Made by a program: the position numbers and the translations under genes. A stretch of 64,000 bases of DNA, from contig NC_067399.1 of the NCBI RefSeq assembly GCF_016432865.1, forward strand, positions 389,732,001-389,796,000. Direction: 5' to 3'. Origin of the DNA: Antechinus flavipes. Lineage: Eukaryota. This document shows, piece after piece, positions 46,601-60,037 of the stretch. The stretch's first letter is position 1; the number at the start of each line of letters is the position of its first letter. The notes beneath the pieces are model-generated. The model saw only the letters and a list, made by a program, of their open reading frames with translations. It ran no database searches and was not told the DNA's origin.

Positions 46601-48113
46601 TAGAGCAACTACTGCAGGATCCCAAACTCTCACAGAACAAGCTGGCCCTGGAGGGATTAAGGGACCTGAAACTGCTATTTGAGTATCTGACCCTATTTGG
46701 TATTACAGAGAAAGTGAGTAGCAGACTGCAGAGGATCCCAGGATATGTCTGTTCACTGGGACTGACCATATCTCCATGTCCCACAGATCATCTTTGACCT
46801 GAGCCTGGCCCGGGGCCTGGACTACTATACAGGGGTAATCTATGAAGCAGTGCTTCTTCAGGCCCCAGCCCGACAGGGGGAAGAACTGCTTGGAGTGGGC
46901 AGCGTGGCTGCTGGAGGGCGCTATGATGATCTTGTTGGCATGTTTGACCCCAAGGGCCACAAGGTGCCATGCGTGGGGCTCAGTATTGGGGTTGAAAGGA
47001 TCTTCTCTATTGTGGAGCAGAGGATGGAGGTAGGAACTCTGTTTGGAATAAGTGGGAAAATTCTTTCCATACTTTTTAAGATTGGACTTTTTTTCTGAAA
47101 ATAAGGGGCTTCTTATCTTGATTTGTTGAAGAGAAATTTTAGCCAGTGTTTTTTGCTTGTCTCTTTTCTCTAGGCCATTGAGAAAATTCAAATGACAGAG
47201 ACACAGGTCCTTGTAGCTACAGCACAAAAGAATTTCCTTAAAGAACGGATGAAACTGATTGCAGAGCTTTGGGATGCTGGGATCAAGGTAAAATAGAACA
47301 AGGGCCAGTGTATTGTGGTCTGGGGAAACACTCCCCTAAATCTTCCTGATCATTATTAGAGAAACTTTCTAGGGGAGGAGGACCATGTTTTGGGTTGTGT
47401 GTTTTTCCTGAAGGCGGGGGAGCATTAGAAGGGGAGTGGTTACACAGTGGGTATACTATATGAAATTCCAAATTAAAAGAGTTTTTATCTTTTGCTTCAA
47501 GGCTGAGATGCTATATAAAAAGGACCCCAGTTTTCTCTCTCAGCTACATTACTGTGAGGAGACAGGCATCCCACTGGTGGCCGTCATTGGGGAGCGAGAG
47601 CTAAAAGATGGTGTCATTAAGCTTCGTTCTGTGGCCAGCAGAGAGGAGGTAAGACCGTAATGGCTGAGATAGACTAGATTAAGTAGTCTTAAGAGAATTA
47701 TGTTTAAAAAAATTTTTGGAAATAGTGAATTGTAGGGCACCTGATATACTAGAAAAGATAGTAGCCATCACAGTAGCCTGGAACAAAGCTCAGAAATTAG
47801 ATAGATAGGCCAGATGTCATACATCTACATGGTTAGATTTTTTAGAAATTAAACAGAATAACCAGATGACTTGATCTTGCCTTCTGTTAGCTTAGTTCAA
47901 TTTGGATAGTTGGATCTTACACAGAAACACTTGAGACATGCATGCACATATAAATGTCTTTTTGACAATTGCACATGCTGAAAGAATATAGGGTGAAAGA
48001 GCTATTGAAGAATTTATTTTTCTATAACTCACATGCCTACTTTCATGTTTCAGGTGGACATTAAACGGGAAAATATAGTAACTGAAATCCAGAGGAGAAC
48101 ACGTGAATCATGA
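39661..48113 (+). CDS. HARS2: Mitochondrial histidyl-tRNA synthetase (514 aa as read)
   Basis: Exons 39661-39795 (Arg/Leu-rich presequence [24 protein letters not shown]), 42079-42153, 42546-42665, 42777-42872, 45160-45285, 45397-45504, 45743-45841, 46397-46490, 46586-46713, 46787-47029, 47174-47287, 47502-47648, 48054-48113 (...RRTRES*); 1545 nt. Confidence 0.95.
41080..41520. mobile_element. MIR-like (+) and Mar1/MIR-like (-) SINE fragments (HARS2 intron 1)
   Basis: gaagatctgaattcaaatc...tgaccttggg...cccagtttccctgtctgta, and gtgccaggcactgtgctaag...gaaactgaggca. Confidence 0.55.
42873..45159 (+). other. U12-type GT-AG intron (HARS2 intron 4)
   Basis: 5' GTATCCTTT; branch TTCCTTAAT about 13 nt before the AG; same position as HARS1 intron 4. 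Confidence 0.9.
42925..44800 (-). mobile_element. two head-to-tail antisense L1 3' ends (second carries ORF2 C-terminal remnants and a (CAA)~10 repeat)
   Basis: L1 3'-UTR at ~42925-43364 and ~43385-44800; ORF track 44467-44850 ([19 protein letters not shown]...[10 protein letters not shown]) is L1 ORF2-like; outer imperfect TSD tgaccat..ttttct near 42911 and 44801. Confidence 0.85.
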
Positions 48114-49849
48114 TGTTGCCTATTCTTCATCTGCTTCTTGTTCCATTTGTGGAAATCTACTTCACTGTGTGGTTGGAATTTTACTGTGGTGGCCCTATCC
48201 AGTTTCACATTTGGGTCAGGGTAGACTACACTTCTCCCTTCTACTGCCTCCCTACTTCTCTCATCTTAATGTTCCTTGTTTGGAAGTGGGGAAGTATCAA
48301 TGGCACATAGGCTCCCAACACTCTTGCTTTAAATCAAAGATATTTAAGAGGAGGTGGACCATCCACTTTTAACTGGTGAAGATAGTGTCATATAATAAGA
48401 ATATGTCCCAGATACTACAGAGACAGTGGTAAATTTATGTTATTACTAACTACAAATAAGACCTAAGTCGAACTGTGTTCTCTGAATAGTCTTCAAGGGA
48501 GTTAACCTCTGAAGGAATCTTAAAGTGTGAGGGAGTTCTTTCTGAAGTCAGAATTCAAACCCTTGGTTAAGGTCTGAGCCAACCAGGAAAAAAGCTTGAC
48601 TGTTCCAGACATAGGATTCCAGTCTGTTAACTGTCTTGCTCTGAGTGTTATAAAAAGACACGAAGAAGGGAGGAGTGGATATCCTGATGAATCCAAACTA
48701 AAACAAGTTACAAAAGGCATGGTGTAGCTAGCTCCCTTCCTAGCTCTTCTCCATTGTGCTAAGGATAAGCTATCTGATACTTAAGCTTCCTCATGGTTTT
48801 AAATGCTGAAATGAGCACGTCACTAGTTCTCTTGAGTTACAGTTCCTTATCTGTAAAATGAACAGGTTGAACCAGATGACCTCTGAGGTGCCTTCCAATT
48901 GTATATGTATAAAAATGTCCCCATGTACTATAAATACAAGAGAACCCCTGACAAGGATAAGACTGGTGATTTCTCCTCCCATACTAGGTATACAACTATT
49001 ATTTTGATCTTTTTCTTGAACCAGAACAGCAGCTGTTGCCACTTTGTGGCCAAATTAACTATTTGGAGGTGTTTTTATATTTAAGGTAATTAATTTATAT
49101 ATCTTGCAATTAGCATTTTATTTACATCGAATATTGGGAATGAATTGGATAAAAATCTGGGCTATCTCTGATTTATCAATATAGGTTTACTTTTATATCT
49201 TCACATTTTTTGTGGAGATGTTTGTGGCAGGTACTTAAGTAAACTAGTCTCTGTCATTACAACACTGGAGGAGTGTTTCTGATGTTCACATACTGTTCCA
49301 GCATTGGAAATTTTAACTAAAACTACTACTATAAAGTTCATTATGATCAGAAGACAACGTTTGGCTTCTTGGAATTTTAGGTTTAACATTGGCCAGCCCA
49401 TGGACCTCTTGCCTAAGGGTTATGTCCACCAACTCCAAGACCGCCTTTGGCGAAATAATTAATTAAACTAATTACTCTATTACTAAATAATTAATGAATT
49501 GGCAATGGAAGACTGGGAATTGGAGGCATGGGGTGGGGAGGGAAGTACTGGGTTCTTCCCTCGTGTCTTCAGCTTCTTAGGAAGATCGAGGAAGCCTCAG
49601 ACCCGGAAGGAATTGACCCCTTTATGGGGCCCTCTTCTAGAGCACTTAATGCTAGTGGCAAATGTCGGTCTCCCCTCTCCCCGCCCCTGTACCTTTTCGG
49701 GCATTCTGATTCTGTTTAGTGCTGTGTGAACCAGCCACAATTTCTTTAAGTATTCGGGTCTATAAAATGAAGTGTTAAATTTGATTGTTGATTTTGTGAA
49801 AAAACAAAAAACAGTCTGTCCAAGAAATTAAACGTTCTTTCACTTGCTT

Positions 49850-50041
49850 CGTATGTGGCGCGTGCGCAATTTATAAATGATGTGCGTTAGCGCGATGGGT
49901 TGAGACGGAAGTGCTCGTCGGAAGTCCCTCAGTGCTACTCTATCCTGGTACTACGATAGAGATTTCGGAGGACTGTTCTGCTTTACGGCTCCAAGCAGTC
50001 TTTACATTATTTTCCGTCTTTATCTTCACTTCGCTGCGAAG
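49850..50041 (+). promoter_or_regulatory. ZMAT2 promoter
   Basis: NRF1-like gcgcgtgcgca 49858-49868; ETS cggaagtg 49906-49913 and cggaagtc 49919-49926; YY1-type aagatggcg over the ATG. Confidence 0.65.
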
Positions 50042-53000
50042 ATGGCGTCTGGTAGTGGGGTAGGTTCCTGTGGGGGGCGGAGGAGCTTCGGGGTTTTCAG
50101 CTGGGGATACGAATGTTCTTTTTCACGGGTCTTGCGCTCTAGCCCAGTCCTGGAGGTCGCAGTCTTAGGGCTGCGAACGTTTTCTTCGGCGCAAAGTCGC
50201 GCCCAAGAACTGGCATCTACGGGTCCGAAGCTACCCAGGCCGGGAGGCTGATCAGTCAGAGCTTCACTGCCCACTCATCGCTGCGGTGCACGGGCATCTC
50301 AATCCTGGGGTTGCCTTGGGTTTCCTGAAGGCCTATAGGTCACATAAGCAAACAAGATGGGCCTTCATTAAGCAATTACTGTATATAATATGTGCCAAGC
50401 ACTGGAGCAAATAGAAAGTTCACATCAAATTATGTGGCCTTGTGCAGCTTACTGTCTGGTCCGGGGATAAGATGTCAATCCAATCATAATACATACTATT
50501 GGATGACTCTTGCTTTGTGTTTTCTGAGGACATGGAGAGTGATGAAAGATCTTTAGAAAGAGACGACTTTTGATCCTTGCTTTACCGATTATATTTAACA
50601 AGTTGGAGAAGGGGAGGGAGGACTTATATTCCAGACTTTAAGAACCACGGTCTAAGCTAAAACAGTGCTGTATATTTTTTATGCTTGAGTACTGAAAAAC
50701 TACCAACTACTAGGATTTCCTAGGAGATTAACAGAAAATCCCATAAATGTTTCCTTTTTGACAGACTAAAAACCTGGATTTCCGCCGAAAGTGGGACAAA
50801 GACGAATATGAGAAACTTGCAGAAAAACGACTTAATGAAGAAAGAGAGAAAAAAGATGGTGAGTTTAATTTTCTACTTTCTCTAGGCATGCAGAGGATTG
50901 GATTGAAGAAATATTTTAGTGAATTAGGAAATCTTAGTTCTAGTCTTTGCTATTACTTGCTGATTCTTGGGCATTTGAGCACCTCTTTAGGTCTCAGTTC
51001 TTAATCTATGGTTTCTTGCCTTTTACTTTGCCTTCTTTCTTTTGTTGTTGCCTTAAGGCAGGGAAATTTTAGAGCTCAGAAATACAAGTTTGATAGTGTG
51101 ATTTACTACTGTGGACGTTCCTCTCCACCTTCATATACAGAAAAATCTTTGGATTGAGATAAGGTTTATGTCCCATCCTAGAAACATCAGTTAGCTTATT
51201 TGAAAAGCAGGGCTCTGTGTAGTAAAAATTGTGAGTATAGGTCCTGTGAATTACACTTAATCTTTGAAACACGTTCTTTGAGTAATTTAAGAGTTTGGGG
51301 ATTTGTTTCCTTTTTGCTGACACAACTGGATTATTCAGTCAAGTTTTCCCTTTTACACTTCAGCTGGGTACTGTGATACCTTTATTGCATCTAGCATGCA
51401 CCTTTTATCTATTTCCTGACAAGCTTTATTAGTTTTCATTTTCAATCCTATTGATAAAGTACCTATAAGCTGCCAAGTTTGTCAGCTTTAACCCTGAAAT
51501 TTCATGTATCTGTCTTCATATTTCTTTTCACAGCTATTACTCTACATCAAGCCCTCATCATCTCTTTCCCAAATTATTGCAAATACCTCAAATCTCTTTA
51601 CCCTTTCCAGTCCATTTTCCATACCATTGCCAATATATTTCTAAAGCTTAGATCTGACAAGTTACTTCCCTGCTTGGCAAACCCTAGTTGCTCTCTGTTA
51701 CATCTTAGATCAAATATAAATTCCTCTGGTATTTAATATCAGCCTACCTTTTTAAGCTTATTGTTTGATATAGATTCTAGGGTCCAACCAAATTGGCCTT
51801 CCTGTTCTTTTTAAAATAGAATATTCCATCTCCCAGCTCTAGGCCTTTGCACAAGCTTTCTAATTCTCTTGCATAAAGTCCTCTCTCTGTTTATCTCTTC
51901 CTGTTAGAATTTCTAGTATCTCTTTGTACTATATTTTGTATGTAAGTATGTAGGGGGTAGTGAGGTTGGGTGTATTTCATCTCCTAATGAAGTGTGAGCC
52001 TCCTTGTAGGCAGGATTTTTTTTTCCCCTTTTTTAATCCCCATTACCACATGATATTATAATGTGGTAGGTGCTTCAATACTTGTGCTTAGTTGATTGCT
52101 TGATCTATGCTTTTATTAAATTACTTGAATCAATGAAGTTTTCCTTCAAAGTATTACTGAAGTCAGACCTAAAACTTGAATATAAAGCTGTATTCTTCAA
52201 AACCATTTAGTATTAGCTAAAAGTGGTGGATCAGTGGAATAGATTAGAAAAAATAGTCAATGACTGTAGTAATCTATTGTTTAACAAATCCCAAAACTCT
52301 GGCTTCTGGGATAAGAGCTCATTTAACAAAAATTGCTGGGAACACTGGAAAATAGTACGTCAGAAACTTGGCATAGACTTCATACCCCAACCAAAATAAG
52401 TTTGAAATGGGTACATGAGTTAAGTGTAAAGGGTAACATGCTAAGCAAATTAAGAAAGCAAGGGATAGTTTACCTAGCAGATATTTTGAGAAGGGAGGAA
52501 TTTATGACCAAATAAGAAGTAGAGAACTTTATGAAATTCAAAATAGATAGTTATGATTACATTAAATTAAAAAAGTTTTGAACAAACAAAACCAGTGCAG
52601 CTAAGATTAGAAGGGAAGCAGAAAGCTAGGAAATAATTTTTACAGCCAATATTTCTGATAAAGGCCTTCTTTCTAAAGTATATAGAAAATGGAGCCAAAT
52701 TTATAAGAATACAAATCATTCCCTAAAGGATACAAACAGACAATTTTCTAAATCACTATTGATGAGAGGTGCAAATTAAGACAACTCTGAGGTATCATTT
52801 GACACCTCTGATTGGCTAAGGTGATAGGAAAAGATAATGATAAATGTTGGAGGGAATGTAGGAAAACTGGGACACTTAATGAATTGTTGGTGGAGTTGTG
52901 AACTGATTCAACTATTCTGGAGAGCAATTTGGAAATATACCCAAAGGGCTGTCAAACTGATAAAGTTTGATCCAGCAGTGTCACTAGTAGGTTTGTATCT

Positions 53001-56000
53001 CAGAAATCATAAAAAAGAAAAAGGATCTATATGTGCAAAAAATGTTTGTAGCAGCTCTTTTTGTGGAGGCAAAGAATTGGAAATTGAGTGGATGCTCATT
53101 AGTTGGGGAATGGCTAAATTATGGCATATGAAAGTAATGGAATATTATTGTTCTATAAGAAATAATGAAGAGGCTCATTTTAAAAAATCTTGGAAAGATT
53201 TGCAAAGTATTACTGAAATATCTCCAGTGACTTTTAAAATATTAGTTCCCTGGCAATTTACAGAATATTTCAGTTTAATACAATATTTACAATCTTTTGC
53301 TTTTGAAGTCTCTCCCTGAATTGGGGAAGAAATGGTTGTTATTTTTTCTTTAACTCATTCTTACCTCTTCAGTCTATTTCTTAGGGAGTTGAAAGTTGGT
53401 CAGTTAGTCAATATCTTTGAGGAGTATTTTGTGTGTAGTGCAGGACTTCTTAATCTTCTTGTGTGTCATGGATCCCTTCTCAATATTGTAGTTTTTGTTT
53501 TTTAAATCATGTATAACTAAAGGAAATGATTACATTTACTTTTTTTCCCCTAAGTTCATAGACCCCCCTGATGTCTGTCATTAGACTTTCTGGGATTCTG
53601 TGGGATCCCAGATTGACACCAAGTATAGTAAATTTTTTGCAGCACTTGAATCTGGAGAAAAGGGGTAATGAAATTAAATTGTTGAATGTACCGAGATACA
53701 TGCTTTACACTTCATTCCTAAGTGAAAAATACTTTCATTGAAAGGAACCATAGTTTTTTTCATTCCCTTCTGGCCAGGTCTCATTGACTTTTATTTCAAG
53801 AAATATCAACTTTTATTTCAGGAAAACCAGTGCAGCCTGTCAAGCGGGAGCTCTTGCGACACAGAGACTACAAGGTTGATTTGGAGTCTAAGCTGGGAAA
53901 GACTATTGTTATCACCAAGACCACCCCACAATCTGAAATGGGAGGGTGAGTAGCCTCTTACTTTACCACAAAGCACAGGATCTATGAGTGATCAGTAGTA
54001 ACTGTTAGTAGGGTAATTTCAGTTTGGTTTTGGGGAGAGTTTTCTATAATAAAATTAACTTATTGATAGACTGTTATGGATTGGTTGACCGTCAACTAAG
54101 TTGAAGACTGTTGGAATTGATTTTTTTTTGCAGTGATGGGTCTGGAAATGTGATATTAATAAGAAAAATATTTGGGGAATATCTCTAGGGTTTGGAATGG
54201 TGGGACTTTAGGGGTCATGATTGCTATTAACTCCTTAGATCTTGAGGATTCAGGCCTCCTGGCAGCTCTGGAGCTTTATCACATTAATAAGGATCTCTCC
54301 TTAATTCATGGCTGAAGTATAAAGGAGATAAGGGCTGACCAATACTTCTTAAGGATTTCCTGACCCCAGGCCTGTCACCATACTTATTTCCTGGGATGTG
54401 GAAGATTTTTGTAGGAACTGGCCATAGATAGCAACTATACTCTCCTGCCTACTTAGGAACTTCTCTCTTAGCATTTTTTCCTGATGATCTTGGGATGTCC
54501 AGGAAATAAAAAAATTAGGAACTGTTGACCTAAAATTTTCAGTTAGGTAAAGGACAAAGACATGTTTTCATTTCAGAAAGCTCAAATAATAAATATTTCC
54601 TTGTTTGTGTAGGTATTACTGCAATGTCTGTGACTGTGTAGTGAAAGACTCCATCAACTTCTTGGATCACATCAATGGCAAGAAACGTAAGGAATGAGGA
54701 AATTGGGAATGGGTTTTGGGGATCCCCACAGCTCTTGCTGGAGGCTCAGAGTAGATGCTTTTCTTGCCTTTGCACAGGGAATTCCTTTCTCCTCATCAGT
54801 AGATGTTTATGGAGCTCATGAGGTACATCATACTCTTTTGTTCTACAATACAATTAGCATATCTTCCCAGCCATTCAGTTTCATTGCCCAAATATAGACA
54901 CTTCCATCTTGTTTTTTGAAGTTGCTAGATGCAAGAACAGAAGAGGTCCCTGAAGCTGCCTTCAGCAAAATTTCCTCTTGTTTCTGAAACCATATTGGTC
55001 GTGGAGAGATAAATTGGAAAGGGTTTATTGAGGCATCATGCTAATGTGGCAGCAGTACTTAATTTGGAGACAGTAGATTTGAGTTTTAATCCTAGCTTTA
55101 CTACTTAGCTAGCTGAATGACAGTGGACAAAAAACTTCATTTTTCTGGACCTCATTTTCCTCATTTGTAAAATGAGAGAGTTGCTTAGGAAGACTATAAA
55201 AAAGTTAGGTAAGACAGGAGAAGGGATTAAAGCGAAACAGAACTAAAATATTTTTAATTGTTTTTCTAGACAGCAAAATATATTTAACATCTCTTCCTAT
55301 TTTAAGTCTATACTCTTAAGGTCGTAATTTGGGGTAATGGAAGTAAGTGTAGGGGAGAGAAGGGGGATATGAAGGAAACTAGGGAAGTAAGGAGCTGGAG
55401 GGAAAAATAATTGTTACATACTTCACCCCCTCAGATCAGCGGAATCTGGGCATGTCGATGCGTGTGGAACGGTCCACTTTGGACCAGGTAAAGAAACGCT
55501 TTGAAGTGAATAAGAAAAAGATGGAAGAAAAACAAAAGGACTATGACTTTGAGGAGAGGATGAAAGAACTCAGAGAGGAGGTAAGGTTGAAGCCAAACTG
55601 AGACTTCCATAAAATGTAACTTTTATAACCACTGAGAAGCAGTCTTCTGTCAACATCAAGTAAAATGGATATCTCCTAAAGAATATATCCTTCCCCTCCC
55701 TCCCGATTGCCTTTTATGATTTCTAAACCCAGAAATGAGGAATGAAATCAATAGGTCCAGGCTACAACATGTAAACCTCAGTTCTTGTACCATCTTCCTG
55801 ACTTGCTTATGTTTCACAGGGAAAACACTAGTCCTTTAGCAATGAACCCTTTGATCCAGAAAATTTAATTCTGACTCCTGATTTCTAGTGCTTTTGGTCT
55901 AGTGGTCTCTTTTGATGTTGAAGTGAACAGAAGTTTGAAATAAAGGAAATGAAACTTGTTCCATGTATGTGATCATTTTGGTAAATCTCCTGCCAGTAGG

Positions 56001-56340
56001 AAAAAAAGAATCTTGAAAGCCATTTGGGTCTGTCTTAAGTTAGGTGGGAATTTCTGATAGGTTATTCATAGACAAATATCTATGGTGACTGTTCTTCCCT
56101 TTGAGATACTGCAGTTTACTTTGGGCCCTGATTTGACGCTTCATGATGCTGCTGTTTATTAGGAAAACTAAAATGATTCTTCATGGCTCTTTGTAGGAAG
56201 AGAAGGCCAAAGCCTACAAGAAGGAGAAACAGAAGGAGAAGAAGCGACGGGCAGAGGAGGACTTGACATTTGAGGAGGATGATGAGATGGCAGCTGTTAT
56301 GGGGTTCTCTGGCTTTGGCTCCACCAAAAAAAGCTACTGA
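50042..56340 (+). CDS. ZMAT2: Zinc finger matrin-type 2 (Snu23 homolog; 199 aa)
   Basis: Exons 50042-50059, 50765-50858, 53822-53945, 54613-54686 ([25 protein letters not shown]), 55435-55580, 56197-56340; 600 nt. Confidence 0.97.
52150..53200 (+). mobile_element. decayed L1 ORF2 3' region (ZMAT2 intron 2)
   Basis: ORF track 52333-52515 and 52837-53319 give L1 ORF2-like peptides ([15 protein letters not shown]; CSIRNNE) with frameshifts. Confidence 0.8.
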
Positions 56341-56558
56341 TTCCCTCTGAACTTGTCTTATTCCCAAGCCTGACTCTGTGGGATCACTAATATCCAAGGC
56401 AATTGGGGAAATTCTTCAAAGACCTGACATGTGAAGGGAAGAAAAGAATTTGTTTCTCTCCCTTACAGCCAGAGTGTGGCCAGGATCTGGAGAAGTTGGG
56501 CTCCAGCCCTCTAATTTTCATATTTAATGGAGCTGCAGTTCATCTGTCCTAACTTCCT

Positions 56559-56564
56559 AATAAA
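56559..56564 (+). terminator. candidate ZMAT2 polyadenylation signal AATAAA
   Basis: First AATAAA after the stop codon (~220 nt); more distal sites may be used. Confidence 0.4.
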
Positions 56565-59500
56565 ACAGAAACCTCCCACTCATCAGCTGCTTCCCCGAAG
56601 CTCTTCCTGCAACCATCCTTTTCCCTTCTCCCTCCCACACTGATTACCATAAAATTACCCAAATTTCTGCTTTTGTTCTCTTCGAGCCCTGCCTTCTGTA
56701 CCCTACCTCACCTTACACCTCCAGTGTTCTGGCTGTTTACTCCTAATGTTCTGTGGCCATGTGTGTGCACATATAGTGTTCTGCCAGGTACTTGTGAGTG
56801 TGTGTGTATGTGTGTGTGTGCATGAAGAATTCCTATAGAGGACTGGAGCCCAAGCCATAAGGCCACAGCTGCTCTCATTACTGATGTCTTAGGCTGCGGG
56901 CACCTCCTGTGGCTTGTTTTAGAGCATGTAATGGGGAATTAAATGGATGAGTGTTTGCTGTGGTTTGTTTCTGATGAGTTATTTGATCTTTTATTTAGTC
57001 CTGGGCTGTTTTAGCTTTTTAATTTGTGTATCTTAGATGAAAATTACTCTGTTTTTGTCTTCCTTGTATTTAGGCTCCAATATGAGTTTTAACTGATGCA
57101 AAAAGCCCCAGTGTGGGATTTTGTGTGTGCCTAGGGATAAACTAACATATATAATTAAAGGGAAAAAAGTATGTTGGCTGGAACTATTTCTCATGGTAGA
57201 ACTGGATATATCATCTTTCTTTTGTGATCTTTGCTCTTTTTCACACTGAGCCCAATCTTAAATTTCTGTATGAGTGCTACAGCCTTTTTTCCCCCCACTT
57301 TCAGATTCAGCTTTATTCTCTCATAGTCAATATTGTTCTGTTCTTTGACTTCTAATAGAGTCACTGTACACCTGACTTTTAGCTTACCTGCTCAGTACTG
57401 CTTTTGGGGTCAAATCGTTACTAGCTTCAGCAGGCAGAGCTATGAAGACTTCTGATCCTCAGGTGAGCAGCATGAAAGGATAAACATTTTAAAACATTCA
57501 TTGAGAGGGTGGGGGGAATGGACTTGGAAGGATCTTGGATTCTGGGACATTAAGGAGTTAGTTCCCTTTGGGGAGGGTTTTGAGTGGAATGGTTTATCTG
57601 GTGAGTCAGTGGAAGAGAGGAGACAGTAGGTAGAATCTACTGCAAAAGTTTTTCCATCAGCATTCTCCCTCCCACCAAACCCCATTTCTTTCTTCTCTCC
57701 TCCCCCATTTCCTACACGTGAGAATGAGATCTAGTGGTATAAATATTCCATCTCATACCTATTTCATAAGTCAGGCTGGCACACTTAAGACAGGATGCTA
57801 GTAAAGTCTGTTAACTGACTTGCTTTGTTGCCATAGTGAAGGGCAGATTTATTTTTTATTTTGGGGGGAACTAGTGTTTATTCTTGCTTTGCTCTTCTGA
57901 TTCAGATTTATAGCATCAGTACCTGTAAACAAAACTTTCCAATGTGCCTAATCATTGCCTGAAGCCCTGTATGAGTTACATCTACAGTAATAAATGTGTA
58001 CCCAAATTCCAAAAGGACAAACTTGTACCAACAGGGAACCAAATAAAGTGAGTCTGTGTGGCATCCCTTTAGATCACAAAAATCAGCTTCATGTTCTGCT
58101 GGTTCTTTTTCAATGTAATCTTTTTTCAGTTCATGTCCTCTCATCCCTTTTCATAGGTCTTAAGCTTCCAGAAGGTAAAGGTTTCCATAGGATTTTAGCT
58201 TTAGGGTTATCAATTTTTCTGTCCTTTTAGCAGTGTCCAAGTATTAAAAGAATTTTTCTCATTCTGTAGTTTCCTAGGGGCCAGAATCTGGATGTATATT
58301 TGTGACTGACAATAAACTCAGATTCCAAAATTATACTTTTGCTGAATATCAGGAGACCTACCCTAATCCTGTTGAGGAACAGAGGGACCAGATATGGGCA
58401 GAACTTTTATTTAGTTCTCCTTACATTCTTTGACTCCTTAAATAAGAAGGTGAATGCTACTTCAGTTTCTTGCAAAGATCTTTCTTTAGTGATATCCTTA
58501 GAGCTTTAAATTATCAGGCCTAGTAGCTAACCCATTCCTCTCAAGACTGCTTTAGTGATTATCCTTTCATCAACAACACCAACTTCACTGTGTGATGTGC
58601 AGTATAACTAAATTTTACTTTCAAATTCTTGGTGATTTTATCCTCTTGCCTAAGTGCAATTTTTTTCCCCAGATCTTGATTCCACAAGACCAGAAGGCGG
58701 GGTCTCTGGGTCATGAGGTAGGAGGCTGAAATTAGTATTAGGTTTCAGGAGTCACCTGGATTGCTAGTGGTAACTGGGAAAGATTTCAGGAAACTTGAAA
58801 TAGTTTTTGTGCTGTAGATCGTATAGTTTGTTACTAAAACTTTAGGTTCAACTAAAACTGGATGAGAAGGCCATTAAGCTATGATAACTACTTTCTTTCC
58901 TAGTATTCCACTAATACATAGGAAGAGACTACCTTTACCAGTTTACAACAACAGTATAAAGAGCAAAGAGGAGATAAAGCAACATAGGATTCTGCAATGA
59001 AACTTATATTTAGTTTGAATATGACTTATTAGGACTGATAGAATAAAACTTCATATTAAAATGAAAGAACTAAAAGTCCAATAGTCACATTTTGGTAACT
59101 AGGAAGAAAATCCCAATTTATTGTCATGCTGAAGATGAGATGGAAGTAGGGGAAAGAGGATCCCGGAGAATTCAAAGATTTATCTTTATAATGCCAAAGG
59201 TAATTGAAGACAAGTTTTGAAGGAATATATCAGGATCTTAAGCATAGTCCAAATAAGTCCAAATTTTTCATATAAGGAAACAGATTTAGAAAAGGTAAAT
59301 GACTTGGTCAAGATCACTCAGGTGTAAGGAGAAGTGGGTTTTGAACTCAAATCATCTAACTCCTTATCCATTGCTTTTTGTATACCTTGCTGCCTCACCC
59401 CAAAAGGACTCCAAACAAATTGTTAAGGGTCAACTTTTGTAGAAACCGTAGTTCTGGGTGTGGAAACGTATAGGGACATAAACTTATTATTAGTGTATTT

Positions 59501-59936
59501 ACAAGCCCCCTAAAAAGTAAAATGGAACCAACGAGCTTTTACTCAAAATTATGTTTTTCTTTCTGTGCCAGAGCTAGATTCCCATTCCTCTCAGTCAGAA
59601 TTCCTTGCTCTAGCCCCACTCCAATTACAAATGATCTTTTCAGTCTGATCTTTGCCTGAATATGCTTGTGATATGTTCTCTCATTGCCCTTGTTTCCTAC
59701 TTGGATTTATGTCTGGATTTTATCCCAATCTAATGAAACAGTTAAAGTGAGATCTGTAACCAACTTTAGAAAGTAGATGTGTATCAAATGCAGAAGTTTG
59801 GACTAGGCTCTCAGGCTCATGGATGAGTGGTGAAAGAACTTATCCACACTGATTCCTAAATGATTTAAAGCAGGTGGATATTTTTGCATCATTTGTCCCA
59901 AGAACACATTAGACTGGAAGAGATAGTTCGTGTTTA

Positions 59937-60037
59937 ACCTGCCTTTAGCTCAGTGGTTCATTATATGTCAAATTTCAATTATGAGTAGACAATTTTACCC
60001 TTTATATCTAGACCCCAAGGCATTTATTTGGTTTTTT
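59937..60037 (+). pseudogene. candidate decayed vault RNA (vtRNA) gene
   Basis: acctgcctttagctcagtggtt matches the recalled vtRNA 5' end GGCTGGCTTTAGCTCAGCGGTT at 18/22; ~70 nt later tctagaccccaaggcatt resembles TCGAGACCCGCGGGCGCT; T6 at 60032-60037; ~100 nt; syntenic position. Confidence 0.45.

Noticed and set aside
49200-49800. CpG-containing segment with a GC box and tataaa upstream of ZMAT2, possibly an LTR or alternative promoter
   Set aside because: No terminal repeats, TSD or recognisable family; cannot be supported without a search.
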